This document shows positions 1 through 13,125 of a stretch of 64,000 bases of DNA, piece after piece. Numbering within the stretch: the stretch's first letter is position 1; every line of letters starts with the position of its first letter. The translations under genes were made by a program, and so were the position numbers. The notes below the pieces were generated by a model that was given only the letters and a program-made list of their open reading frames with translations, had not been told where the DNA came from and searched no databases. This stretch comes from Narcine bancroftii (lineage: Eukaryota). The stretch spans positions 270,940,001 to 271,004,000 of the forward strand of contig NC_091472.1 in assembly GCF_036971445.1 (NCBI RefSeq). Reading direction: 5' to 3'.

Positions 1-39
1 ACGTACAAGCCAACTACAGCCCAGGAAGGAATGGTCTCT

Positions 40-1075
40 AAAAAAGCAGCCACAAAACAAATTTGTACAGCTATATAATATATTTTTTTTAAATCTAGTA
101 ATTTTAACCCTCCCAATTTATAATCCAAGGTCATGGAAATTCTAGAAACATTACCTGACCAAAGGAATGAAAAAATATGTCCATTATTTTTTTTTAATTA
201 ATAGTTGGTGGGATAGGTAAGGATTGAAAAAAGTATCGAAGTCTCTGTATTACCTTCCTTTTTGCATGATTTACACTGCCGAATAATGTGATGGGCATGT
301 TTACTCACCTCTATAGGTCATCCTCAATTTTCTGCAGCAAGGGAAGGTAATTAGGCTTATATAGACTGTTCAAATTATAATTAAATTTAATCCCCAAATA
401 CTTTCTATTGGATTTTGCTGAATTAAACTGACTGCCATATTGATACTGGATATAGTTTCCTTGGCCTAAAGGTGAAATCTCACTCTTGTCCCTGATTATT
501 TTATATCTGGAGACTTTCCCATAATTATCTAGCATGGCCTTAAGTCTAACCAGAGAGCCAACTGCATCAGTCAAATATATTTATATATCATCAGCAAATA
601 AATTTATTTTATATCTTCCTGATCCACTTTAAACCCCTTCATATCTATATCCCATCTGATAGCTTAAGCCAATGGCTCTAATGTCATAATAAATAGAGAT
701 GGAGATAGTGGACAACCTTGACTACTCAATCTATATGATGAAAAGACTGATGAAATCTGTCCATTAGTAATTATTTTAGCTTTTGACTGATGCTAAGGTG
801 CTCTTACTCAATTAATAAATATTTGGCCTAAACCAAATTTCTACATTGTTTTAAATTTTTTTTTTAAATTCCATTTAAGCCAACCAAAGCCATTGCTACA
901 TTCGGGTTCATCTTTGTCTTGGCTAAATGTAATATAGTAAGTAATCTTCCAATATTATCTGATGATTGTCTATTTTTACTAAATCCTGATTGTTCAGATT
1001 TAATCAATTTTTACAACTATTGAGGCAATCTGTTAGTTAATACTTTCAGTATTATTTTATACCCTGCATTTAAAA
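40..1075 (-). mobile_element. L1-clade LINE ORF2 reverse transcriptase fragment, degenerate
   Basis: Minus strand encodes KINLFADD (about 587-610), QGCPLSP (about 700-721) and KYLGI in ORF 311-574; many stops and frameshifts. Confidence 0.85.
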
Positions 1076-1210
1076 GTGATATTGGTACGTGTTAATATGA
1101 AAATAAACTCATTTTCAAAACACCCATCAACTTTTGTTTCGATCTTTCCTTCACTTTCAATTTTCCCTGGACCTGAAACATTTTCACTTCTAATTTTAAC
1201 CAGATTTTAG

Positions 1211-1238
1211 TGGGGGGGCGGGGGGGGGGGGTGGGCGG
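1211..1238 (+). repeat. poly-G tract
   Basis: tgggggggcggggggggggggtgggcgg read directly. Confidence 0.9.
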
Positions 1239-1434
1239 CATTGACCTAAAACTTTAACTTTCATTCAGCAAGATATGGTCTAACCTGCTGAGGATTTTCA
1301 ATTTTTTCACTGCTTTTCTATTTAAATGACATATTACTCAACACCACTTTTAAATGATAATAAAATAGCATTCTTGAAACTTCCCATTGATTATTTATTG
1401 TTTAATGTTGATCAAGTGTTAATTTTATTGGCGG

Positions 1435-1720
1435 AATCATAGCATCACACATCTCAGAAACAGACTCATCATCCATTGATCATCAACCAACTATTTATAT
1501 TAATTCCACTTTTTATTCTCATCACATTACATCAACTTCCACTGATTCTATGTACATAATGCAATTTACAGTGGGCAGTTATCTACAGGCTCACAGAGGG
1601 AGGAAATTGGAGCACCCAGAAGAAATCCATCCAGGCAACATCCAAACTCAGGAGTGAACCCAGCTTTCTGGTCCTGTTAGACAGCGAATCTATGACCTGT
1701 GCCACAGCATTGCCCCAGCC
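1435..1720 (-). mobile_element. degenerate V-SINE/HE1-like SINE
   Basis: gggaggaaattggagcacccagaagaaatcca is the reverse complement of the V-SINE core GGGTTTCCTCCGGGTGCTCCGGTTTCCTCCC. Confidence 0.65.
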
Positions 1721-3299
1721 ATTAATCTTTGACAATTTTGATGGTCCTTGACACCCTCAATCTCTATCCAACAAACCATATTATGGTTTATATGCAGCAG
1801 TGGGTGAGGACAGGGTTGTGCAGTGATGATCCCTTGGTTTTAATCAAATGTTGATTAAACATTGGAAACATTTTTAAAAAGTATAATAATGAATGGAACT
1901 GACACAAAGTTAAAAATTCTTTGTGTCATACAAAATTTCATCCACCGTTTATTGGCAGATTACTCAGTTGAATAGAAGTGCAAACATTACAACTCAACTG
2001 TTATTTTTATTTTAAAAACATATTAAAAAATCAACATATTATTCTTTTGTCACAAAGCTCTCTGATCACTCTGACAGGTTATACTTGGAGTGGCCATAAA
2101 CTAGGTCCTTATCTGTCTAACTCAGGGTCCCGTTTTGTATTGATTTAGATTCCATGTCTGGCTGAGACTGAATCCTTGAATCATCCAAAGCATGGCTATT
2201 CTCATAACAGGATGAGCACACTATGTGTGTGATACCAAATAGCTTGAGTAGTAAGAATGATAATACAGTAGCAAAAATATATGTAGACAAGTCAACTATA
2301 TCTTTACAATAACCAGCAGCTGGAAAAGGGATTGTGACCCACCAAAGAATCAATCCATATTTTTATGTATGTATATTAGCTTGACTTCCAACTTAAAATG
2401 ACTGTTGTGACAAGTAGCCATCTTATTTTCATGCACAGCCCTGACACTAACCCCAACTGCAAGTTCTTCCAGCCCTATTCATTGCTTGAATATCTCTGCA
2501 ATGCTATGTGGCCTGGCTTTGATAAACAGTGACTCAAGACTTCCTTCCTGTGCTGCACAGAATGTAAGAACCTGAATAGCTTGGAAAATTTAAATTGTGC
2601 CTTGCTTCATTTTTGTCACAACCACCCTACTCCAACCACGTATCATCCCATTCATATGATTTCCCTATAAAGTATTTGAGATTAAAAAGGTTAAGAATCT
2701 TTTTTTAAGGTATTTTTTTAATATCAAAGCCAAGAGTATATGTCTGGACAATATTTAACTATTTCTTCTGAAATGTCTACATAAATGCTTCGGCAATACA
2801 CAGATAATAAATTATGTGTATAAATGCTTGTGTTTATAATTCTTCCATGGAGTCTAATGGAATTTCCTCATTGGTTCATGATTCACATTATCACTATTAG
2901 GCAATTACAGCACATAATATCATGAAACCGCGCTCGATTCACGATCCAGTCTTACTCATTATATTGTATTACAGATCACATTTTAGCATAGCTAATTACT
3001 CAGACAATATCCTTACAGCTGGAATATAAGCAAACAGAAAAGCTAGCTGCTTTCACCTCCAGTCATGATTTTTGCATCAATGCTGTCATCTGTCGATATT
3101 GCAGCAAGTGTCTCTTGCAGCAGTCCTTGACCGAGCTTGTAGGTTTACACTGATTTTAAGCAATTAATAAATGCATTTCATTAAATTGAAAACAACTTCT
3201 GGAAGATGTCCCTCTGTTGAATTTGACATCAGATGGAATCTGCATAGGAAATTAAAATAATTATTTTTGACGAACTTAAATGCTGCTGTGTATTTTGAT

Positions 3300-4075
3300 A
3301 CATCTGATGCAAGGATCGACAAAGAGATAGACAACAGACTCGCCAAGGCAAATAGCGCCTTTGGAAGACTACACAAAATAATCTGGAAAAAACAACCACC
3401 TGAAAAAACACACAAAGATCAGCGTGTACAGAGCTGTTGTCATACCCACGCTCCTGTTCGGCTCCGAATCATGGGTCCTCTACCGGCATTGCCTATGTCT
3501 CCTAGAACGCTTCCATCAGCACTTGTCTCCGCTCCATCCTCAACATTCATTGGAATGACTTCATCACCAACATCAAAGTACTTGAGCTGGCAGAGACCGC
3601 AAGCATCAAATCCATGCTGCTGAAGACCCAACTGCGCTGGGTGGGTCACATCTCCAGAATGGAGGACCATCGCCTTCCCAAGATTGTGTTATATGGAAAG
3701 CTCTCCACTGGCCACCGAGACAGAGATGCACCAAAGAAGAGGTACAAGGACTGCCTAAAGAAATCTCTTGGTGCCTGCCACATTGACCACCGGCAGTGGG
3801 CTGATATTCACTTCCAACCGTGCATCTTGGCGCCTCACAGTTCGGCGGGCAGCAACCTCCTTTGAAAAAGACCGCAGAGCCCACCTCACTGACAAAAGAC
3901 AAAGGAGGAAAAACCCAACACCCAACCCCAACCAACCAATTTTCCCTTGCAACCGCTGCAACCGTGCCTGCCTGTCCCGCGTCAGACTTGCCAGTCACCA
4001 ACGAGCCTGCAGCACACGTGGACATAGCCCTCCATAAATCTTCGTTCGGGAACCCAAGCCAAAGAAGAAAGAAGA
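3300..4075 (+). mobile_element. RTE-clade LINE, 5'-truncated, frameshifted
   Basis: SDARIDKEIDNRLAKANSAFGRL, QLRWVGHISRMEDHRLPK and C-terminal C2H2-like FPCNRCNRACLSR..SH; ends in an AAGA-rich tail; homologous to 18594-19514. Confidence 0.95.
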
Positions 4076-4204
4076 GTTTCAAAACCTACTGGAAATTAAG
4101 TATTAAAATAACTTCAAGAAATGGTGACATTTTAAAAGATGTTTGTCTTTTCATGAAAGGATTTACCAATAAGGTTATTCTCTTATGTACCCTGCAAACC
4201 ATGA

Positions 4205-4320
4205 ACTCCATTACATTGAAAAAGGGCTCAGGCCCAAAATGTTGGTTATATATCTTTACCTCCAATGGATACTGCAGGGGCTGCTGGGTCCCTCTGGCAT
4301 ATTTGTATTTTAACTCCATT
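4205..4320 (+). mobile_element. Penelope-like pseudo-LTR remnant with decayed hammerhead motif
   Basis: ttgaaaaagggctcaggcccaaaatgttggttatatatctttacctcc matches the copies at 33020-33047 and 48396-48423. Confidence 0.7.
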
Positions 4321-4604
4321 ACCAAGGAGGATGAGGGCAGTCCACACTTTGAAACATCACGACTTCAAGTTTTCTTTCCAGGTCACACATCAGCCTGACT
4401 TCAAAGTGTACTGATTGTTCTTCATTATTGACAGCTCTATATTCTGTAATTTCAGACTCAACTGCACTATTAGTGTACCGTCATCAAAAAGACTGGAGCA
4501 ATTTAAGAAAGTATATCTCACCTCCACCTTCTGGTGGTCAGGGTAATGCTGACCTTACCAGCATTCTTCATATCCTGACAAGTGAATAAACAAGTACAAC
4601 TCCC

Positions 4605-4690
4605 TGCCAATAAAAGGTCTTGGCTTGAAACTTTAACTGACCATTTCTACCCAAGGATGCTGCTTGGCCTGCTAAGTTCCCCCAGCAGCT
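4605..4690 (+). mobile_element. Penelope-like pseudo-LTR remnant
   Basis: aaggtcttggcttgaaac...gatgctgcttggcctgctaagttcccccagc, the same motif family as 20680 and 33903. Confidence 0.6.
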
Positions 4691-5339
4691 CATGGTGGCT
4701 CCCTTCCTCTCCTGTCTATTCATCCCTAGATTAACATTTTTCCTTGTCTTTCAAATTCTATCTTTCAATCATTATATTCTTTCTCCAAATATTGAAAGAG
4801 CAGAGAGTAAGGATGAGTACACAGACATTTTAATTTGCAGCGTGACTGCTTTTCAGAACAGAGATTTGCAGATGATCATACGATGTGACAACATGGCATA
4901 TTGTTGGCTATTTTTTTAAATGTTGGCAACATTTCAAATAAAACTCATGTAAGTTTTCTTTAAAAAAAATATTCTTCCATTGGTTCTGTTCTCAAATACT
5001 TTGGCACTTCTCCAGAATTTAATGAATGTGGATAGGTTGGTAGAGTTAAGTCCAGGAAGATATGGAACGTGTGGCGGTTCCAGCTGATCTTTTCCTATCC
5101 AATATGTTCTAACGTAACAGGAAATCAACCTGACTCACTTAAAATTGACCTTGGGTTAACTGACTTCATTAACTATATTTATGTGTGTAAGATTCTCACT
5201 TGTTGAAGTTTGTGGTATTTTTATCTGCCCTATTCTTCAAATTAAAAAAAAATTGTTGGTTTCTTTCGATGATCCATAAATCTTTGTTGTAATGTTTCCA
5301 GGTATAACTGAGCAATTCTCCGAGCACAGAACCAGTAAA

Positions 5340-5520
5340 CAAAAGGAATTTTTAAGGCATTGTCTGGAAGGAGTTTTACCTTCTGTGTGGGATTTCCCTG
5401 GGTCCTTCAGTTTCCTCCCACCCTTTGAAACTTGCGGGGTCAGTAGATTAATTTGAATGTAATTGGGCAGCATGGATTTAAATGGCCAGAATCAGCTTCA
5501 CTGTGCTGTAATTTAAAAAA
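5340..5520 (+). mobile_element. V-SINE/HE1-like SINE
   Basis: tctgtgtgggatttccctgggtccttcagtttcctccca core and A-rich end; homologous to 29445 and 30175. Confidence 0.75.
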
Positions 5521-5869
5521 AAATCAAGTTACATTAGGCTTCCACAGATCTTAATTTGTGGGAACTTGTCGCAATATGTTGGATTGACAATGAGCGCTCT
5601 GAGTTATCCTTGGGAATTTTTGATTTTCTGGATGTCACAGATATATGTCTTATAAGATGTGATCTCCTTTCAGTGTCTTGACTGATTTTTGGAGGAGATT
5701 GCCTCCATATCCTAAATGTTCTGAATAAAAGTACATATATATGTCAAAAACCTCACATTATACATATTTGGGAGATTGGGTAAGGGCATGGCAGTGCATA
5801 GCTCAATTCTACCAGCCCCAGCTGTCTTTCAATTTCATTTATACCTTGCACATCAGATAGTATCACCTG

Positions 5870-6490
5870 GGATCAAACAAGTTCTTTCCACTCAGAGGGA
5901 CAAAATTGAACATTACATGAAGAATGTTTGTCTAAGAATCATATCCAAATCAACACACTTCCTATGGAGGTTACGGAGGGTAAGTCCATCTTTCCCCATT
6001 TTGACCACGTTTTACAGAGTGGTCTGTCTGGCTACATCATTGTGTGGCATGGCAGATGCAAACATCAGATTGAAAGTCAACAGGTTTATCAAAACAGCCA
6101 AGAAGATCACTGAGGTCTTCCTTTCCTCTATTGAGGACATCTCCTGGGACCATTTCTAAAAGGGCTCAAAGATTTATAGAAGACCCTTTCCATCCAGTAC
6201 ACAGTATATTTGACTCATAACCATCTAGAAGGAGGTACATGAGCATCAAAATTGAGACTGCTGGGCTGGGAAATAACTTCTTCCACACAGGTTGTGAGAT
6301 TGATGAACAGTGTCTTGTAACCAAATAATCATCCCAAAATATTTATATTTTAAATGATATATTATGTATATATTTGTTTATCATGTGTTGCAGATTGTGT
6401 GTGTTTGTGTATGCACACCATGGTCCAGACAAACACAGATTCATAGGATAGAACATCTACAGACAGATGATAATAAACTCGAACTTTATA
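5870..6490 (+). mobile_element. Rex1/Babar-like LINE 3' fragment
   Basis: HFLWRLRR..ILTTFYR and SGYIIVWHG (DUF1891-like region), 3' UTR ending aataaactcgaact. Confidence 0.75.
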
Positions 6491-8239
6491 TGTGCACGAC
6501 TAAATATAGGATCTATTGGGATCCATATCAATGAAATTGATTCTAACATTGTTAAATTCAGTTTCAAATTCTGATTCACATAAATAAATAAAAATTTGGA
6601 TTCCCATATGGTTTTCATGTTTTTATTGACTGACCTACTTAAATGAGCTTATAACAGCAAGATAATGAGAAAATACTGAGAAAAAAAACTAATTTAGATT
6701 TAGAAATATAGTACATTATTAAGAATATTTACTTACCATGATATATAGTTAAGCAGAATGGATTACTATACTTTAGAAATTACAATGGAAGCAATTTATG
6801 TTCAATTAATTCCCTCCCAACCTGTGATTTTTAACATTGCTTCACTGGTTCTCAGAATATCCATTAAATTCACTGAAGTCCCATATCCCTGCCAACAGCA
6901 AGTAAATAAAAACTCCCCAAATGCCTAATTATGATAACCGAGAATAAAGATGTACTTTACAGTCTCATAAAGTTGAAATTACTATGTAATATAATTGGCT
7001 TAAAAATTGGAAAATAAAATTATGGGTTTCTGCGAGAAACTGCTCCAGTTGCTTCAGGGAACTGTATTTTTGGCTTGTCTAGATATGAGTTATATTACCA
7101 GAGATAATAAAAGAATATACAGCATATGTTCTTCAGAATGGATCCCACAGAAATTGTTACCTCTGCAGATTTTGATTGGTCTCAAGCATTAAAATCACAT
7201 TTTAATAAGCAAGTAAAATGAATGAACAAATTCAATCATAATCTACACATTTAAGTTAACATCTATAGTAAATGCAGACAGTATCTCACTCAAGCTATAG
7301 TGGTGAAGAAAATGCCTGCTCCATCACATAAATTGCCTGCATAAAGGAAACACCAATGAGGGTTCCATCACTCGTCTCTCTCATCCTTTGCATTGCCATT
7401 TATACTGCATCACATCTCCCTGCTAAGGCCTACAAAGCGTTAAGTTTGCACATGAAGGTTTCTTCTTTGTTCCTCATTGCCTCTTCTGGCAACCCAGTAG
7501 ATACACAGGGTCTTGTTTCCCAGGCTAGCTAGCAAGAAGCTCTTTTTTAATGTCTGGAATATTGCCTTCCACTAGAAATTAATCCATATCCAGGAAAATG
7601 GATTAGGATTATAAAAGAGTAAGAGTGGGTAGGAGGAAATCCCAAAGAGGGACAGCTGCTTTTAAATTCTTAAACCAAATTGATTCTGCTCAGGTCATTT
7701 TAAGTTCAGAAGCTTGGCTGAATGTTCATTCTCGGTCAATCTATGTTATTAAAAACACATGTCTATTATAGAAGCCTGTTTTCGTGCTGGTTCACTGTTT
7801 ATGAGATAAGCAATTATCAAGTCTCAAGTCAGTATATTTCCGTTAACTTCCACTGAATGGTGATTCAAGGAAATGTGAATTTATGGATATTTGGGCACTT
7901 TTGCCAAATAAGAATCCCTCAAGAGCAACTTTTTCATTTTGACCATATTAACCAAAATAGTTACAACTAAATCCCATGAGATTAGATAGATTTATTTCAT
8001 CCAAAACTGAAATAAATTGAACCCTACTAGATTTAAAGAGAGAGGCTGTTTGCTGTCCTTCGAAATGCAATCAGGTCTTCAAAATTTCTTGGAGGAGATG
8101 GACCACATCACTGGTTAAAAATAGAAGTCAATTCTGCAGATTAGAGTTCATTGATTAAGCTTTAAGTAGATATTTACAAGGCAAAGAAGCTACTGATGAG
8201 AATGCCATAAAATAGGAATTTCTATTGCAGCTCTATGCA

Positions 8240-8565
8240 AGATAGCAGGCATTGCAGTGATGACAGGTAACGTGAAGAATGTTGCTATATTCAAGAGCAT
8301 GTGCACTCCACATGTTATTGGTCTGGAAGCAGAGTACACATTTACAATTTGTCATCAAACATCAAATATGGTTAACATTGAAGAGAATAATAAAAGATTG
8401 ATGGAATATCTTGATGTGGCATATAAGATTTAACACTGGAGAGTGTAAAATCTGCAGTTTGGGTGGAAGAATGAGAAAAGACAATGTGAGCTAAATGGTA
8501 AAATTGTAAAGGTTTAATAGGATGAAAATATATACACAAATTTGACATAGAGTTATTAAAGAAAT
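8240..8565 (+). mobile_element. highly decayed CR1 LINE fragment
   Basis: Weak similarity to the CR1 post-RT region at 10020-10200 (tggcatataagatttaacactggagagtgtaaa). Confidence 0.45.
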
Positions 8566-8569
8566 GAGA

Positions 8570-9042
8570 AATGGATTGGAGGCCAATCCACAGGTCCATA
8601 GGAGTGGCAGAGAGGATCAATGGAGTCTCCCTCCCCCACAATTGATATGATATACTGGGATTGCTATCCGAAGAAGGTGCACAAAATCATTGACGATCCT
8701 GTCCACCATTTACACAACATTTTTCAGCTACTCCCATCAGGTAAGAGATACCAAGAGTATCAGAACCAACATCACCAGGCTGAGGAACAGTGGCTTCCCA
8801 CGGGTAGTGGGAATGCTGACCAACCAAAGGAACTGCTCACACGAGCCATCCAAGACTCTCATATGTACAAAGCAATATTTATTTATTTGTATAATATAAT
8901 ACTTGTCCTGCATATGTATTGTTTTTCAGTATGTGTGTTATGTCTGGTTGTGTGTCTGCATGTTTTGCAACTAGGACCAGAGAATGTAATTTTGTTTGGT
9001 TGTACTTATAGAATCAGAAAACAATAAACTTTACTTGACTTT
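8570..9042 (+). mobile_element. Rex1/Babar-like LINE 3' end
   Basis: KIIDDPVHHLHNIFQLLPSGKRY and SIRTNITRLRNSGFPR; tail aataaactttacttgact. Confidence 0.8.
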
Positions 9043-9129
9043 ACCTGAGAGCTGTTGCTTTAGAGACAAAGGTAAAAAGAATACAAGATCAATCAGCATG
9101 TTGTTGATTTCAGTGTTTTTTTCAGATTT

Positions 9130-11050
9130 GAGTATTTAACCTTTCTACAGATGTGTGGTGGCAAGTGTGCCCACCAGATACATCACAGTCTGGTATGGTG
9201 AGACCAATATACCTGAGGGTAAAGCACTGCAAAAGGTAGTGAACACAGGCAAAAACCTTCCTATTATCGAGAACATCTACAGGGAATGCTGCTTGTCGGA
9301 GAGCAAAAACAGTCATCAAAGGATCCATCATCAACGCAGCCCAAAGCTCGCACCACCAGGTTCAGGAACAGCTGCATCCCTCCAACATCAGACTCAACAA
9401 TAAACTCAATCAGGGAGTCATTTAAGGACTCTTAATTTTGCACTTTATTACTTTTTAAATTCTCTAACAAACTAGCAACAGTCAGTTTGTTTATATTTAT
9501 TTATTTCCTTACGTATATGTTGTGTACAGTTTTTTTTTGCATGTCTGCGGTTGGAAAAATGCTTGAAGCCGTCATTAAAGATGAAATAGTGAAACTTTTG
9601 GAACATAAGGGTTCAATCAGGCAGACGCAGCATGGTTTTAGAAAGGGGAGATCGTGTTTGACAAACTTGTTAGGATTCTTTGAGGATATAATGGGTGCGG
9701 TGGATAGAGGGGAACAGGTTGATGTTGTATATTTGGATTTCCAGAAAGCGTTTGATAAGGTGCCGCACAACAGACTTATCAGTAAGTTACAGGAAAGTGG
9801 AGTCCGGGGAAGTATATTGGCCTGGATTGAAAATTGGTTGTCTGACAGGAGGCAGAGAGTCGGGATAAATGGGAGCTTTTCAGGTTGGCAGAGAGTGGTA
9901 GGTGGGGTGCTGTAGGGGTCGGTGCTAGGCCCACAACTGTTCATCATTTACATTGATGACTTGGAGGAGGGGACAAAATGTGGTGTAGCCAAGTTTGCGG
10001 ATGACACCAAATTGAGTGGAAGAGCAAATTGTAATGAGGATGTGGAGAGTCTGCAGAGGGATATAGTTAAGCTGGATGAGTGGGCAAAGGTCTGGCAGAT
10101 GGAGTACAATGTTAGTAAGTGTGAGGTTATCCACTTTGGCAAGAAAAATAAAAGAGCTGAATATTACTTAAAGGGTGGAAAACTACAGCATGCTGTTGTG
10201 CAGAGGAACTTGGGAGTGCTTGTGCATGAATTGCAAAAAGTTAGGTTGCAGGTGCAGCAGGTTATTAAGAAGGCAAATGGAATGTTGGCCTTCATCGCTA
10301 GAGGAATTGAATTCAGGAGTAGGGAGGTAATGTTGCAACTGTATAAGGTACTGGTGAGACCGCACCTGGAGTACTGTGTCCAGTTCTGGTCTCCATATTT
10401 GAGGAAGGATATACTGGCTTTGGAGACGGTCCAGAGGAGGTTTACTAAGTTGATCCCTGGGATGAAGGGGCTGACTTATGATGAAAGATTAAATCATCTA
10501 GGATTGTATTCGCTCGAGTTCAGAAGAATGAGAGGAGATCTTATAGAAACATATAGGATTATGAAGGGTATGTATAGGATAGATGAAGGAAGGTTTTTTG
10601 AGCTGGCTGGGGAAACTAAAATGAGAGGACACAGTCTCAAGATTCGGGGGATTAGATTTAGGACAGAGATGAGGAAAAATAGTTTTTCCCAGAGAGTAGT
10701 GAATGTTTGGAATTCTCTAACCACGGAAGTGGTTGAGGTTGCCTCATTAAACATATTTAAAATTCGGTTAGATAAATTTTTACATGATAGAGGAATTAGG
10801 GGATATGGGGAGAAGACAGGTAGGTGGAGTTAGGTCAAAAATTAGATCAGCCATGATCGTATTGAATGGTTGAGCAGGCTCGATGGGCCATTTTTGGCCT
10901 ACTCCTGTTCCTACTTCCTATGTTCCTATCTTCCTATTACCAATAGGTGGTAATTCTGCCTCTTGTGTAGGAGAAAGAATCTTAGGGCTGCATGTGATGT
11001 CATGTATGTACTCTGACAATAAATCTGAAATCCGAATCTGAAATCTGAAA
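9130..11050 (+). mobile_element. Rex1/Babar-like LINE 3' end split by a CR1 insertion (parts 9130-9540 and 10933-11050)
   Basis: ITVWYG..KALQKVVNT; the two parts rejoin to match the uninterrupted copy at 47120-47756; ATCTGA-type repeat tail. Confidence 0.85.
9541..10932 (+). mobile_element. young CR1 LINE, 5'-truncated, RT to 3' tail
   Basis: QHGFRKGRSCLTNL, YLDFQKAFDKVPH, KFADDTK, RPHLEYCVQFWSP; one in-frame TAG at 9913-9915; TTCCTAT-type repeat tail. Confidence 0.97.
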
Positions 11051-11184
11051 CTATCAAAGAGGCAGTTTCTTGTGTGAGGAATGTTCTGGTGTCTTAGAGA
11101 AAGCCATATTAATCTCAAAACAAAGAAGTAAAAAATAAGGCAAAATTATTTTTGAGTATTGGGGAGACCAAGTTGATCTGAAGC

Positions 11185-12468
11185 ACAATCTTTCAAGATG
11201 TCAAACAATTCACATGTGGTTAAAGTGCACATTCCATTTTTAATTAAAGGGTATTTGTGTACAGTTTGGCTTGACCATGTAGACATTTCAATACATTTTA
11301 TACATAGTCCCCTCATTTCAGGGCACCATTATATTTGAGACATAGCAATGGTATATATATTAAAGTAGTCATGCTTTTTATACTTTGTTCCATATTGTAT
11401 ACAATGACTGCTTGAAGTCCGTGATTCATGAACATCACCAAGTACTGAATATCTTCACTTTTGATGCTCTGCCAGGCCTATACTGCAGCTATCTTCAGCT
11501 CTTGCTTGTTTCAGGGTCTTGTCTCCTTGGATTTTCTCTTCAGCAAATGGAAAGCATGTGCAATTGATTTTAAATCACGTGACTGACTTGGCCATTCAAC
11601 ATTTTCCAGTGTTTAGCTTTGAAAAAACTCCTTTGTTATGTTTGTGACCATTGTCTTGCTGAAGGAACTGCCATCCAATGAGTTTGGAGGCATTTGCTCA
11701 AATTTGAACAGATAAGATGTATCCACACACTTCAGAATTAATTTTTGTACTGCCATCATCTGTAACATGAAGATGTAGCTAGTACCTGTGGCAGCCATAC
11801 ATGCCCAGGCCATAACACCCTACCACCATATTTCACAGATGACGTGCTGTGTTTTGGATTTTGGGAAGTTCCTTTATGCCTCCACACTGCTCTTGCCATC
11901 ACTGTGATATAGGTTAATTTGGTCTCATCTGTCCACAAGCCCTTTTACTAGAATTCAGCAGGCTCTTTTAAATATTTCTTGGCAAACTGTAATCTGGCCA
12001 TCTTATTTCTGTATTTCTGTTCATGCTTCTGCTGACAGTAGTCATTGATACATCCACACTTGCATCCTGAAGAGGATTTCTTATCTGTAAAACAGTCATG
12101 AGGGGATTCTTGATTATTATGATGAGAATGTTTATGTCATCAGCAGTGGAGATCTTCCTTGGCCTTCCAGTCCCTTTGTGATTACTGAACTCTTTCTTCT
12201 TAATGATGTTCCAAACAGTTGATTTTGTTGATGCTAAAGTTTGGGCAATGTCTCTTACTGTTTTATTCGTTTTATCAGCCTCATAATGGCTTCTTTGACA
12301 TTCATTGGCACAACTCTTGTCCTCATGTTGAAAAATGGCAACTACAAACTCCAAAGGTTATCCAAAGCTTAGAAGCAAGTCTAGCTTTCTTACAGCTGCA
12401 GCAATGAAACAATTAAACATACCTGAGCAATCACAAGTATCTGTGAAGCCAAATGTCCCACACATTAT
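11185..12468 (-). mobile_element. Tc1/mariner DNA transposon, decayed transposase
   Basis: HTH TVRDIAQTLASTKSTVWNIIKK, GRPRK, WTDETK, VKYGG, MAWACMAA, QQDNGHKH and WPSQSRDLKSI motifs; inner inverted-repeat ends at about 11329-11343 and 12454-12468. Confidence 0.92.
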
Positions 12469-12878
12469 TGTAAGGGTAAAAATATATTTCATAGATTAAA
12501 CCAATATGTAGGTAGCTATCAAGGTGTTTTTTAAATATGCTTTGAGTGTCTCTTAGCAACGTCTTTGAGTCAAGGTCTTATGGTTTGTATAGAGAGAGAT
12601 TATACATTAATTTGGTTTCCTTTGTTCTACGAAATAGTAAGGAATTAGAATTTCCAACAATTTTTATTGACCATCTATCAAAGTTTAGCAATGTATAACA
12701 ATGTTTAATGGCTTGTAACAATGTATAGTAACTGATAATAATGTCAACAATGTTTAATAAACTCTGGAAAGCTCAACTCAACTTTATTACAGATTTGTTT
12801 GAAAGAGTCTAAGACAACAACAACATTCTGCTATCCTCCAAGTGATTATTAAGGAAAATAGTCACTAAAATCTTTAGT
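12469..12878 (+). repeat. putative BEL 5' LTR
   Basis: Begins TG exactly at the Tc1 breakpoint, contains aataaa (about 12756) and precedes the gag leader; 3' boundary uncertain. Confidence 0.55.
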
Positions 12879-13125
12879 CAATTCAGACTATTGATTGGGC
12901 TCTGTTGAGAGCACTTCAAACTCAAAGAGGCACGATCGACAACAGCATCATCAAGGACATTGAAGAAGTTGTAAGCCTTGTTAATGGATTCCTTCTGCAT
13001 TTTTATTGAAAGTTAGAACCCCAGTTTGGAGAAACTGCTGCTTGTCCTTTGAGGACTGTTTTGGTTTTGGAGTTATTGTCGTGCATGATTGATGTCGGAA
13101 TGTGATGGTCTGCTGAACGGATAAG

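Noticed and set aside
4934-5128. possible minus-strand exon
   Set aside because: Weak acceptor, no clear donor and an unrecognised peptide.
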